Made by a program: the position numbers and the translations under genes. The notes beneath the pieces are model-generated. The model had not been told where the DNA came from. It saw only the letters and a program-made list of their open reading frames with translations, and ran no database searches. A DNA stretch of 63,999 bases, filler included, from Hausera hauseri (taxonomy: Eukaryota), in NCBI GenBank assembly GCA_046269625.1. It is 13 parts of 13 records of this genome, joined end to end, with 100 filler letters (N's around TTAATTAATTAA, not from the genome) between each part and the next. Parts side by side here need not be neighbours in the genome. Positions count along the whole stretch, not along the records: positions 34,396 to 40,726 come from JBJURY010112321.1; positions 40,827 to 46,742 come from JBJURY010168974.1; positions 46,843 to 51,244 come from JBJURY010599332.1; 10 more parts are not named here. One strand, written 5' to 3'. Positions 37,141 through 49,800 of the stretch are shown here, in pieces (positions within the stretch are counted from its first letter, which is position 1; each line of letters begins with the position of its first letter).

Positions 37141-37657
37141 GTCGCTTGTCTGGAAACGAAAAATGAACTTGCTCAGAAATCAGTAAAACCAACGTTAAGA
37201 AGGCAAAATGCAATGATTGGAATACGTAAACGAAAATCAAAACAGTCGTGTCAAACACAGACATTTTTACCGAAACGAATTGTTTCGCAAATATGCAATG
37301 CATTTTTTGCAAACGCCCGTACTGATTTCATTGAATGATCCCGTGTCTCTATCGTGTAAAATGGCTTTCTGGTGAAAATTTGGATAAACTTTCTGATACT
37401 TACCGGCGCAGAAAACGAAATTATTTGATTTTATCGGTCGCGAAATGCCTCATGTACCCGATGGTGATGGTTTAAAGTGTTGACTAAATATTGTATTGCA
37501 AGAATACAAGGAAAAGGCCGGTATCAAAAACCCGATTTGGCGTGTAGCTGAATCACATTTAAATTATCAATAAATTTTGTTTTACCGTTCTTCTTCTTTT
37601 ATTAACTCAATTAAAGAGTATAAATATACGTGTAATTTTAATATAGGCATAAGAATA

Positions 37658-38134
37658 ATGATAATGAATGATGTAAAGATTATCTTAACAGGCGAAAATG
37701 CCTTTGTACCGAGACGTGTTACAGAAAACAGTTCAGGCTACGATGTGTTTTCCTATGTCAATACGACAATTTCGAACAGCACAATCAAATGCTTAACGAC
37801 TGGGATTAGATTGGCGATTCTATCCGGTTACTACGACTAACTTTTATCGAAAAGCGGACTGGCAAAACTCGGATTGACGGTTATGGGCGGCGGCGGTGTC
37901 ATTGATTCAGACTTTCGTGGTAAAATTAAGGTGGTGCTGGAAAACCAATCTGGGGAACCGTATGCTTTTTCGAAAGGCAGTGCAATTGCACAAATTGTTT
38001 TTCTTCGCTCCGAAGTGGCGAAATTTAGTCTAATGTCACCGGAACAATGGGAATTGTTTTGCGTCAATGAATCGACACGAAACGAACGCAAAAGATTTGG
38101 CTCTGGTGATATGGACGAAACCACCTATGTTTAA
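37658..38134 (+). pseudogene. dut: Trimeric dUTPase with one in-frame stop (37838-37840)
   Basis: Motifs I-V: SGYDV, SKSGLA, GVIDSDFRG, IAQ, R...RFGS, all in one frame. Confidence 0.9.
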
Positions 38135-38201
38135 TGATTGTGATATTAATAATATTAGTTAGTTGTTTAGCTTGTGTTATAAACAAAAAATGATTTTGTA
38201 C

Positions 38202-38700
38202 ATGATAAGTAATAACGACAGGATTTATAGATATTGAAGCTTTCCAAGATGGTAATGCCCGGTACATAATACAAGAATTATGCATTATGGACGTCAGTTA
38301 CATTTTCGAACCGCTTGTGTACATATTCAACCCCGGTATTGTGTGGAAAGACCTGGCGGAAAAGGCGAAAATTATAAATGGATTTCTCTTTCGACATCAT
38401 CATGGACTTCATTGGTATGAAAGCAATTCAACGTTTTGTGCGACGTGTATTATGGGAGATATTTATGATTGTTTTCACATTGAAAATACAATATTTTACA
38501 TTAAAGATCAAATTGACGGACAAAAGTTGACACAACTACATTCATTTTTTTTGAGTTGCGAATGACGACGTATTTAACAACATCAAACAACTGACTGGTG
38601 ATGGTACCTGACAATATCCGATGTCCGTATTGTGATCATGGACCACATTATGCTTACAAAAACTGTCTACGGATTTGTGTTGATTATGTTTCACGCAAAT
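38202..38700 (+). pseudogene. Small DEDD-exonuclease-like Polinton ORF
   Basis: GFIDIEAFQ....YIIQELCIMD, HHGLHW, C-terminal CPYCDH..H...NC. Confidence 0.55.
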
Positions 38701-38789
38701 AAATAAATATATGTACGTATTTCCTTCTTTCTGTGAATAATTTTCATGTCATATTTAGCCGTATTGGTCAGTTGAATAATCTGTCAACA

Positions 38790-40040
38790 CGCATCAGGTC
38801 AGTGATACCTATACCACAACACTGCTGTATATTGATATTAATAACCTGTATGGCTGCGCGCTTTCGCAACCCTTGCCGTACAGTTCATTCGAATGGGTTG
38901 TTGACAGACAAGATCTAAATGACATAATGGTCAACCTACCCCGAGCAGACATGGCAGGCTCAGTCGCATAACTGATGGAGGTCGATCTCGTTGTACCAGA
39001 TGAGCTGCATAACGTTTTGGCCGATTTACAGGTCACACCATTTAACCAATATCCGCCAGGCTCAAAAGTGAAGAAACTTTTCATGACGTATTAACCGATG
39101 CTGAATTACGTGGGCCATTGGCGTCTGCTACAGTTCTACATACAGCTCGGTGTACGCGTCACACAGCTGCCTTGTGCAATCCGATTTGTTCAGGCTCCAA
39201 TATTCAAGGCGTACATAGATGGAAATTAGGAAAAATGAGCCGCAGCTTGTACAAAGTTCGAAAAGGACTACTACAAGCTCAAAGACAATTGCCTCTATGG
39301 AAAAACAGTGGAGAAACTGAAAAAGCAACTTAGTGTAGGCCTATGCAATAGCAAAAAGCGGTAGGTCACGTACACGAGTGAGGCACAGTTTTGGCGGTCA
39401 ATACACATTGCAGATGGATTGGTTGCCGTGCTTTTAAACAGAGAAGTCGTTGTGGACAGGCCAAATTACATCGGACAAAGGGTATCGGACCTGAGCAACA
39501 TGAGCTACAGTATTGCGATTTGGCAAATTACCGGCAAATATTTGACGGCTGTGACCTTAGTATAATTGCCGGTGACACAGACAGTTTTTTCCTGCGGCTA
39601 AAAAAAGTCAGTCGCGAACAGCTACTTCAGCAAATGCAGTCAAATAAATTACTGGACACGTCCAACTACCCACCGGATCATCCGTTATGCAATAGCGCAA
39701 TCTCAAACAAAATCGGCTGCTTCAAGGATGAAAGTGAAGGTCGGGTTCAGTATCGGGAATGGCTATTTAAACGGCCAAAATGTTATAGCCTTTTAACTGA
39801 CGATGGACCGAAAATAAGTGCCAAAGGTGTTCAGTTGGCTCAGACGGAAATAAACCACGGTGATTGTCGCCGTATCTATGAAGAAGAAGAAGGACAATCA
39901 AAGGCTGTTGTGCCACAAACGATCATCCAATCAATTGAGTACCATCTGTATACGGTAACCAATACAAAAGTCGCTTTATCATGCAATAATGATAAACGTA
40001 AGTGGGTGGGGCTAAATAAGAGTTGTCGTACGAACATTGG
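38790..40040 (+). pseudogene. Protein-primed DNA polymerase B, polymerase domain only, frameshifted
   Basis: Motif A YIDINNLYG, motif B KLKDNCLYGK, motif C GDTDSF, LDTSNYP, FKDE, RPKCYS, SAKGV, NDKR. Confidence 0.9.
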
Positions 40041-40726
40041 CGTTTGGAATAAAACACACACGCATGAATTCGGTGCTGACGATGTAGACAGATCAAATTC
40101 CTGTGACAATTCATTGTAATCTGTTTTTTGTATAAATAATGTATATTGTTCATTGTTTTTGCCTTTTCTTTTATTATAATTTAATTTTTCTATATACACT
40201 TATATATTTAACTTAATGTGACGAGAAACAATATGAAAAACAAACAAAATCAACAATATTTATTAATCATCATAAGCTAAAATAAAAAGACAAAGTCAAA
40301 TAAGCGTAAACTTTCCCAGTTTCTATATTGGTGATTTAACGCTGTGCAGATCCTTGTATCCTTTCAATTTCAATGTTAGATGGCCTTTAGCTCCTTCCGG
40401 TGGCAAAACCGCTTTTTCTGCTGCTCCTATCTGTTTGCCATATAAAATGACAATTTTCGCCATATTTCCTTTGAGAAAAATCAACGATGTATCTAGGATG
40501 TCGTTACTCAACGTCAAATCACTTTTCTTTTTGTGTCTTCCATTGTATCCAAATCATCGTAGCTGATTTTTCACCAATAGACCATATTTTACCTGTTTTA
40601 TTTTGATCGTTTGCGTCAATGGCAATTGAACAGCGTTGTGCAGATAATGTAATTTGTATCCATTACACAACCGGGAATTTTTGAGGAAATATTCGCTGTC
40701 CCGTGGCCTTTTTGAGAGACTGTCAC

Positions 40727-40826
40727 NNNNNNNNNNNNNNNNNNNNNNNNNNNNNNNNNNNNNNNNNNNNTTAATTAATTAANNNNNNNNNNNNNNNNNN
40801 NNNNNNNNNNNNNNNNNNNNNNNNNN
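40727..40826. other. Artificial contig linker
   Basis: N-run + TTAATTAATTAA + N-run. Confidence 0.99.
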
Positions 40827-42033
40827 CCACCAGGAAATACATAAAAGATAAAACGGTACCTACAGATAAAGAATTAGCTCGACACCTGGCCCGATTCAGT
40901 GAAGCATATGAAGAAAAAGAAGGATTCCTATACTTTATTCATCAAAATGGTCCTACTTCAGTAATTCCAAATAAGAAGAGAGCAGTTTTGCTAACCCAAT
41001 ATCATGATGGATTACTTGGCGGACATCAATCAATCAATAAAACACTTAACAAGTTGAAACGAAAATATTTTTATCCAACAATAATGAAAAATGTACAGGA
41101 ATGGTGCCACAGTCGTAGGTTATGTGCTACTAGGAAGAACACGGGATAAAAAAACAAGGCACCCCTCAAAGTATGGGACAAGCCCCCCTCCCAGCACCAT
41201 TCGAGTTTACCGCAATGGATATAACAGGACCACTACTATTAACACGAAATGGAAATAGATATATTTTACTAATGACGGATATGAAAGCAGAAACAATCGC
41301 TGAAAAGTTCGTGGAGAACATAGTATTTAATTATGGAGCCCCGAGAATCCTTCTAATTCATCAAGCATCAAATTTAACCGGAACCGTAATGCAAACCATA
41401 TACGATATTTTGAAGATATTGAAACTACGATTCACACGTGGACATCCAGAAAATAATCGGATGGTTGAAAGGTATATTGGAGACTTAAAAGGGAAAATGC
41501 AAACGGTGGTAAATACTAGACAGGACGATTGGGATGAATATATCAATGCGTGTGTTTTTGTAAATCGGACATCGGTCCATGAGGCTACTAAAGAAACACC
41601 CTTCTAATTGATGTATTTAAAGGATGCGAGACTACCAATAGATTTGGATTTTAACGTGAAACCCACCTCACATTTAATGGAGGTAGGAGAATACAAACAG
41701 TTAATGCAGGAACGCCTCCAATTAGCATATAAAACAATTGGAGATAATCAAAAAGACTAAATTAAAATATAAGAAGTATTATGATAAGAAGACTAAACAG
41801 GCTAAAATTAAGATAGGTGACCAAGTAATATTACACTCGCCGGCAATTAAAAAGGGTAAGGCATCTAAGCTTCATAGACCATATAAAGGGCCATATGAAG
41901 TAGAAAGGTGGACCTACCGAACATCTGTTTGAAGAAAAATAATACTTCTCTTAAAGTCCACATCAATAGATGTAAACCAGCTGCTAAAGAGAGTGAACTA
42001 AGAAAAGGCGAAAGAGTTAATACAAAGCATTAG
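40827..42033 (+). pseudogene. pol: Ty3/gypsy integrase (zinc-binding domain, core, GPY/F)
   Basis: YHDGLLGGH, PFEFTAMDITGPL..GNRYIL, HPENNRMVER, VHEATKETPF, KLHRPYKGPY. Confidence 0.9.
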
Positions 42034-42063
42034 TGAGAAAGTAGTCGAACTAGACTCAACAAG

Positions 42064-43700
42064 TAGACCGCGCCAGACAAAAAACGGTTTATTATTAATC
42101 ATTCTATCACTTTCTGGAGTGCTAGGACAGGTGAATAATTAGGAAATTGAACAGGCTAAGATAAGACACGCAACGGCTATAAAAGAAGATATGTTAATCA
42201 AAAGTTTACAATACCGTATAACATACAAGAAAAGGACAGAAAAGTATGATTTGGACCACACCCAGACAAATGCCTCAAGAGTACTTAATAGGTATACAAG
42301 TGATACCCTGGGATGATAGTAGAAGATATCTTAATAAACGATAATTTGACTGCTTACTCCATTCAGAGGTCAATGAAACAACATGTATAATAGAAACCTC
42401 GGGTGTTCACAATGTATATCTCACATTTGTTAAGAAGAGAGATTATTATAGGAGCCAATACACCAAACTTCACAAATCAATAAAGATTCCTATAAGACAG
42501 CAAATGAACGAAACTTTATTAGACGAAATAACACTTAGCCAATTAATCGCAAGGTCAATAGGATTTAAAAGCGGAAGAAGTTGTATCGAAATCATAACGA
42601 TGATAGTTAGAATACATACGATGGATAACTATAGTGATAAAAGAAACCACGACACAGGCTACCATAAAATGTAGAATTACAGATGAACAGCAACAAGTTT
42701 GTTGTAACGTGGCACGAGAAAAAATATATAATGTTAACTATACCTTATACGGTAAGCTATTAAATAGCTTAAAACGAGAAGGGCCAACAATGTATATAAG
42801 TTATAAAAATCAAAGAGTATGATTAAATACAGAACGAAATACAAAAAGAGGTCACGACGCTGACTGCCCTCTTCAGTTGACAGAAAGGAGATGACTATTT
42901 TAATTAAGCCCTATGCTTCTTATTACCGTCAGAAACCCTCTATATTGGATAATGTAACAATTATATCAGCCCCCACCGCGCTAATAATTTCTATAAAACC
43001 AGATCTCGATTTCGTTAAAGGAAAATTTAGCTGTAAGAAACGGGATACAGTTGTCACAAAAGGAATTATAACCCCTGACGATTTGGTAGTACCATGCACG
43101 TCTCTAGATCCCAATACAAGGTATACGATCATCTTACAGTTAATAGATGATAATGACAAAATAACATCCACTAAGATAATATCGGCGTTTACAAAAGGAG
43201 AAAGGAAAATAGAATTACCATACGAAATGATTACGAGTAATAATAGGGTAACTAAAAAGCCCTCACGTGCGGTATATAAACATTATCGCTTAGAGATAAT
43301 ATTAATTGGTTCGATAGTTCCGGTAGCAGTTATGGTAATGGTGGCGATATTGTTTAAGATAATACGAGTACGACGCAAGAAGAGACAAAGCTGGATTCGA
43401 ATTAACATGCGCGATCTAACGAATCCGTTAGATACAGACAATTCCAGCGGACGGTTAAGTCTAGGGATTGCTGTCTATGCAACCCTTTTAAGAAAGATAA
43501 CCACATGTCATCAGGTTACCTACAAAAACCAACTAAAATGTAAAACCATGAAGATTACCACTGCATGCCTGATAACCGTTGTGTTGTGCTTAGATATCTA
43601 CGATGATCACCTATTGACATTTCGTTTTACAGTATTAACTTCAACCTCTTACCAGATTCAATCAATCACCAGATTGAAATACTGAATCAAAAACGCCAAA
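42064..43700 (+). pseudogene. Post-integrase ORF: type I membrane protein (signal peptide, FN3-like ectodomain, TM, cytoplasmic tail)
   Basis: GLLLIILSLSGVLG signal-like stretch; LDPNTRYTIILQL FN3-like motif; TM IILIGSIVPVAVMVMVAILFKII followed by RVRRKKR. Confidence 0.55.
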
Positions 43701-44417
43701 ACCCATCTCATCAATGCTACCCCGGCCAATCAAAATCACATAGTTCACAATGACTATACATGCAGTCTGAACTATCCCCAAACGCCACAGATTCCGAACA
43801 ATCTTAAGGGCTATAGTATGGGCAATAGATCATTAGCCTTAATTCATCTAACAAAGGCCACATCATTTTACCTCCAGGAATTAATAATACTCCCAGAAAT
43901 ATATCATTCAATGAATGTCTATAATATCACTGGCAAATTTCATATAAAAACAGCGAATCGCAAAACCTCAATGAAAGGAGAGCTAATAAATATGGACCCG
44001 GATCACGCTCTCGCTTTCGAGTATAAATTTATAAAGGAGAATACGTTGAATATTTGTTCCATATTGTGGTGCCAACAGCAGCCGGCGCCCATTTGGTTGG
44101 ACACGGCCGAGCGTTTGTTGCCGCCGCGTCGGGCCCATAGGCGGGTCCCGATCTTCCGCCTCGAAAGAAGTTACGTCGAGTTCATCTGAAACATTAGAAG
44201 TTGAATAGGCGAATGTCGAAAATAATACATTTCTTCCACCGGTTTACCAAATGAGCACATATCAATTGCAAAATGTATTCAATTCCAGTTTATATTCATT
44301 TATAGTTTCCAAATTTTTGTATCGGTACATTTATACAAGTTTCTTGTAATTTTTATAAACCGAGATAACCATTAACGATAATTTTGTGGTAAAAAGGTGA
44401 TAGTACTCTCTGTAAAG

Positions 44418-44700
44418 CAACTATAATAGAAAGCCGCTTGTCTGCTTCAAATGAATTTGAATATCTTGTTCATTATCTTGGTCATGATCGCCGACTCGAC
44501 GAATGGGTTCCTGCTGAGCATATCGACAGAACATCAAAATTTACTCTTACTGATTCATCAAATATCTTAATTACACCAGAAACTTCCGATGGAAGATTAA
44601 CTCGACACCAGAAGCGTAAAATAAACGAAATTTATTTGGGACGTTTAATGCAAGATGATACTCCGATTAATTCTATTACACAGAAATTCGAAAAGAAGTC
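44418..44700 (+). pseudogene. KAT8: KAT8/MOF fragment (chromo-barrel/Tudor-knot and following linker)
   Basis: ATIIESR...EYLVHYLGHDRRLDEWV...RLTRHQKRKINEI; no MYST domain follows. Confidence 0.8.
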
Positions 44701-44836
44701 AATGGGAATATAGAACTTCTACCGGAGTCAAACGATGGTTCACAGAAATATTCGACTAATATTTGAACTAATCTCTTCTACAATTGTCAGTAAGGATACA
44801 AAAGTATCTTTCAAATTCCATCGGTTATCTCGACGC

Positions 44837-45180
44837 ATTTCGTCAATTTACAACAACGCTATACCGTGTTATCGTGGAAATTGTTTAAGTGCTGGAGAGA
44901 GAGGATTCTGGAAAAGTTGGTCTGATAAAATCGGTGCAAAGATTGGACAATTATACGTTCAAAGAATTGTTCTAGAAAATGTTGGAGCTCGAGAGAATGG
45001 CTACAAAGACGCTGCATCATTTCATTTGAAGGGTGATTTTGAGGAAGACAATTTCGAAAACTCCACGGATTCGTTCGACACTGTTTGAGTGAATATTACC
45101 CGGAAAAATTTAACAGAACTGGTCCAATTCCAGCACATTTATTTGGTGATGTTTGGAGTTAACAATGGACAAATACATTC
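44837..45180 (+). pseudogene. ACE: Angiotensin-converting enzyme (peptidase M2) fragment
   Basis: SSIYNNA..C, WKSWSDKIG..I.QLY...LEN.GARENGYKD, then frameshifted LHGFVRHCL..YY......GPIPAHLFGDVWS*QW. Confidence 0.82.
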
Positions 45181-45905
45181 CACTGTATTGTAAAAAAACT
45201 TTTGTTTAAATATGGTAAAAAAATAAATACAAAAATAATTGCATTTGAATTTTGATTTAAAAAGTTTTCTGTTTGCCATATTGAAAATTTTTGTTTGGAT
45301 GATTTTTGATTGATGGATATAATTCAGAATTGCAATATGTGGTGTGAGAGTCAAGATTATTGTTCCAAATGTTGGATGAACATTTGTTCACAATTGAAAC
45401 TAACAGAAATTTTATCGGTTTTACCTACATTTCCAATCGGATGATTAATTCAAAATTGAATTACAAATTCTACACGTTGTTCTTACGACCGGTGAAACTT
45501 TACAAATTAAAATTAGACGGTATCGATTATGATGTGTTTCTTGCCGAAAAAAAGATTGTTTTGTTGGGACCGGAAGTGTTAATTTCCGTGAATTATTTAA
45601 ATTGTAAATCAACGACAAGCTTGTTTCTGCCAACTGACAATTTGCATATGGTTTCGTTTCATGAGTTGGATAAAATTAACAAATCAAATTGGCTGTCGAA
45701 TTTTTTCCCGAGGAGTACCATTGATATTCAGGAAGGTATTTACGTTACGTTTATTCGCTACAGTTATCTGTGTTTTAAAATGAGTTTTTTTCACTTCTGT
45801 CAATTCATGTTAGATCGTAAAATTTCACGGGATGACGTACCGCATTATTTCCTAGCCTTTAATATTGTTAATGAAGGATTCATTAGTTTTCAACCTTTCC
45901 TTGTT

Positions 45906-46283
45906 GATGTTGCTTGTTCTCAATCACCCACTATGCATCGCCATCGACGGAATTATTTGTGTGTAACGTTAAGACAATTGTGCCAAATAATAACCGACGA
46001 GCCCGATTTGCTTGGTCCGAAATCATTTCTTGTTCTTTGGGCGCTCTCATATACTACAGGTAAAGTTCATTGGTTGCTCAGATATTCGGAAAACGTTCCA
46101 CCAAAGAAAGGCCCTGTTATTAATTTAAATTCTAAAATTAAGGTTGGCGAATTTTCCGATGCTTTGTTACCGGAACTTTTCTTTTACATCGAAGAAATTC
46201 GTCGACTAATGTTGAGATTTTGGCAAGCAGTTGAGATATTTTACATTCAAATGTTGTCGGAATACGATGCAACGGATTTGAAC
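45906..46283 (+). pseudogene. NCKAP1: Nck-associated protein 1 (Nap1/Hem) fragment
   Basis: MHRHRRNYL..TLRQL..I.TDEPDLLGPK...WLLR...D.LLPELFFYIEE.R...YIQMLSEYDATDLN. Confidence 0.82.
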
Positions 46284-46742
46284 GAAGATGACTTATTCTC
46301 TGATATTAGCCCTGTTAAACGAGATCCGGCACATTTAGCCCATTTGGATCGCTTGTTGGAAAGTTGCTAGCCGCGCAGTAAATGTCTAAGTGACTGTCGT
46401 AGTCTGATTGTCATGGACCCCTGTATGAATATAATATGCAGTAGATGACACAGTTCCAAATGCTCTTATCTCAGGATCATTTGCAATTGCAGGATTTTCT
46501 AAATACGGTTGCAAATACGTCTTGGTTGCGAAAGAGCAAACACAAAGGCAAACGGGTCAATCATGAAAGTCCCGTCAAGTATTCACGCATAATTGAAGTT
46601 TCATCTGCTATGACGGAAAGGAAAGAAAAGTCTATCCGCAAGAAGAGTACATATAAAGAAATTGATGGTTTATCATTGAAAATTAGTAATCCGCATAAGA
46701 GTCGAAATAAAAAGAAATATCGTGAAAAGATCGACAAAATTC

Positions 46743-46842
46743 NNNNNNNNNNNNNNNNNNNNNNNNNNNNNNNNNNNNNNNNNNNNTTAATTAATTAANN
46801 NNNNNNNNNNNNNNNNNNNNNNNNNNNNNNNNNNNNNNNNNN
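46743..46842. other. Artificial contig linker
   Basis: N-run + TTAATTAATTAA + N-run. Confidence 0.99.
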
Positions 46843-48649
46843 AGGTGTTGACGATGAGTAGGTGTAACTTTTTATAATGTCGGATTGTCGGAGAAGAAAT
46901 CCATTAAAACTAAGGCGAAAATTAGCAAGAGTTGTTTGTCGTTGTAGCATGTCGGATAATTTTGCAATTGTTGCTAATTTGTGAATGTAGTAGGTTTGTG
47001 TGTAATTATTATCGAGCAAAAGGATAAGTAAGGTAAAGTTGCCAGATATGTCGGGTGTGTAAGGTGGCGCGTACGATACGGCGCACCCAAATTCCCTGCG
47101 TTGTAGTAACTGGTGTGGACGTCTGGTGATTCGTTATTTTCAATAGGGGCATGATACGTTGTACCATATTTAGTAATTTCGGGATATTCTGGTGGCATTT
47201 TAAGCATCAGATAAGATAACTCACCAGTGTAATTCTGTTCCGAAAGATCCGCGGTAAATTCTAACCATGCTTATTTAGTTTTGTCTTTTCTTTTGTTACT
47301 AGCTTGCGTTAGGTTGATGTTCTCGGTATCACTGTTTGACTTTCATTAACAGTTGAGTACCGCTGCACTTCGTTTTGCCCGACTGCTGTGTGACATTTGT
47401 CGAGAGAGTTGTTTGACTTGACGGAGATTGCAGAACATTCATCAGCAGACGAATATACAGAAAGGATATTTTGAGAGGAAAATTTTGTGAAAATTTGCAA
47501 TTTTACTCTGGAAAAAGTTTCGTCATCATTAATAACGCTAATAAAACTAGGTTCAACTGGATATACTTTTTTCTGACTTTTGCACGAATTGTCATAGGAC
47601 ATAACAGAAGATTTGATAAATCTGACGACATAGACCACGATGATAGATTAAGTTGTGCGACTCTAAAAGAAAACGGTACGAGTTTGGCCTCACGGTTTTC
47701 GTATGAACATTTTCCAGTGGCAGTTACAATTGTTGCATGACGCGTGTCTGATTTGATGAAGCTTTCGATTGCCTCATTTAAAATGTCGTATCTCTACATT
47801 TTTTAATAATTTTATAGCTTCGGTTTTCTCTTCTCCATCGATTTCTATGAAGATCTTACACGGCATTTTGCAAAGATCAAACTGCATCTGTTGAATAAGG
47901 GATTTAAAAACACGTAGATTGTTTTGTTGTTTTGATCTCTTTCAGAAAAGTATATCGGTTACAACTTCCAACTTCTACATCATCGGGAGCACGTTGGCAA
48001 GGATATGTTGTTTTGCCATCTCAACTTGCAGTGACAATTATTCAAATAGTTATAATCACATTGGAAAACCTGAGTGTCTTTTTTTGGTCACAATCTGAAA
48101 TTTGATTGCACTTTGATTCCAAACAACATTTGATTTCTTTCTAAGAAATATCAACTTTCTTTTTACACTCATTTGATTCCAATATGTAGTATGTCGTTAT
48201 TACCGTTAATAAATCGCATACTTCGACTACTTTAGGACCACAACATTTGCATATTTGCCATTCTATATGTTTCTTGGGTACACATTTACAATCTGCTATG
48301 TCATATTCTTTATATGTAATCGATTTTTTTAGAGAACCATCACTAACATCTTGACAATTCGATTCAACTGGCAGCTCTATCGGACATATGACGGCTTCAT
48401 GAGCAACTCTTTCTGTCTTCTAACACTTGTAATCAATCATAGAATCTGTATAGTACATTGTCTTGGTCTGATTATTATCGCACACAGATACCTTGTCAGG
48501 TACCGTGCAAGTACAATGACAGGTAACATTCTTTGTTTCTTCTTTACAGTCGCATCCATCTCGAATATTTCTTACGTAGGTCAACGTATACAATCCGTAT
48601 TCATAGTTGGGTTGGCATCCCGAATCACTGATGAGTTTTCAATCGGAAA

Positions 48650-49800
48650 TGCCTCAAGTTACGATTTTGTTTATTTTGTCTGCTTTGTTTACGCATTGCC
48701 CATTTTCCAATACTGTGTAAGTCGTAGTGATTTCAATGACGCCTGTATAAGCGTTGCACTCAATAATTCGAATAAGATAACTGTACGATGACGAATTGTT
48801 GTAGATGAGAGAACAGCTTGACAGTGTCGATAAATATATCCGCTGATTGGGAGATAATCCATGTATTTCATGGATTATCACAAAGGATATCCTCACGCGA
48901 TGCAAGGATAGAAAAATCCGCATTGATAATAAATTGCAATCTATAACAGAGAATTGGTAAAAATGCATATACAGGCTGATCATTATCATTATTATTATCA
49001 TCATTTGCAGCACAACCTTCTATTTGAATCGCCAATGTAATAACAGTGTTACCGATGGCAATTGGACTGTGCTGCACCAATGTCTCATTTAATACTGCTA
49101 ATGTTCTACTGCATGTGAACCAAATGTACTTTTCACCTTTATCTTTAACGATAACTCTTTTTTGTGACGAACATTCCCATTTGTTAAGTTCGATACTGCG
49201 TAATAATTTACCACCATCACGTAATACGATACGCCGTATTTTACGCAGAAATAATAGGAGACGGTCGAATATGGTCAGCAACAGCAATAATTATATTCGA
49301 TGATAACGATGAATTGATTGGTAAGAGAAATGTTTGCGTACTGTATTGCGGCAGTGGATCACACCGAATTAGAATAAGGGCATTTCCGTTGTCGATAGTT
49401 TTATCGAATCTCACATGGAATCCATTTGAATGCATTTCTGGGCAATCAGATACGAGCAATACCGATTTAAATCCAATTCCTTTTCTACCAATTTTATCGT
49501 CCCTTTGAGACAATTTCGTGCTACATCCGATATAGCACAATGCTCGAATATCCTCCTCAGTAAATCCAAATTCGTTATTACGTACTTCCAATACGAGTTT
49601 ATCATCATTTGTCCAACTGGACAGCCAAATAAATTCTAATGTCGGTACAGCATCACTAGCATATAGATTATCATCAGCATTTTGTAGTAATTCCAATACG
49701 AAATGCAGGTAAGTAGTAATTCCAATACGAAATGTAGGTAAGTAGTAATTCCAATACGAAACGAATAGATCATTTTTGAATCTGACTTTCGATAAATCGA
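48650..49800 (-). pseudogene. NO VEIN / sacsin-like GHKL ATPase fragment
   Basis: HFVLELLQNADDN, NNEFGF, ALC.IG.STK, IGRKGIGFKSV, HSNGFHVRFD, QPVYAFLP..FIINADF...SREDI; frameshifted. Confidence 0.85.
49684..49761. repeat. 29-bp tandem repeat, about 2.7 copies
   Basis: gtagtaattccaatacgaaatg(c/t)aggtaa repeated. Confidence 0.85.

Noticed and set aside
44031-44200. 3' LTR of the integrase-bearing element
   Set aside because: A PPT-like AAAGGAGAA is present, but the next bases lack a clean TG start and there is no second LTR for comparison; not called
45360-46370. A genuine 336-aa NCKAP1 gene
   Set aside because: Only ~125 aa match NCKAP1; the rest is unrelated or intron-like
46843-48600. Coding-like minus-strand stretches (also 49950-50930)
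   Set aside because: Interrupted and not assignable to any family I can recognise
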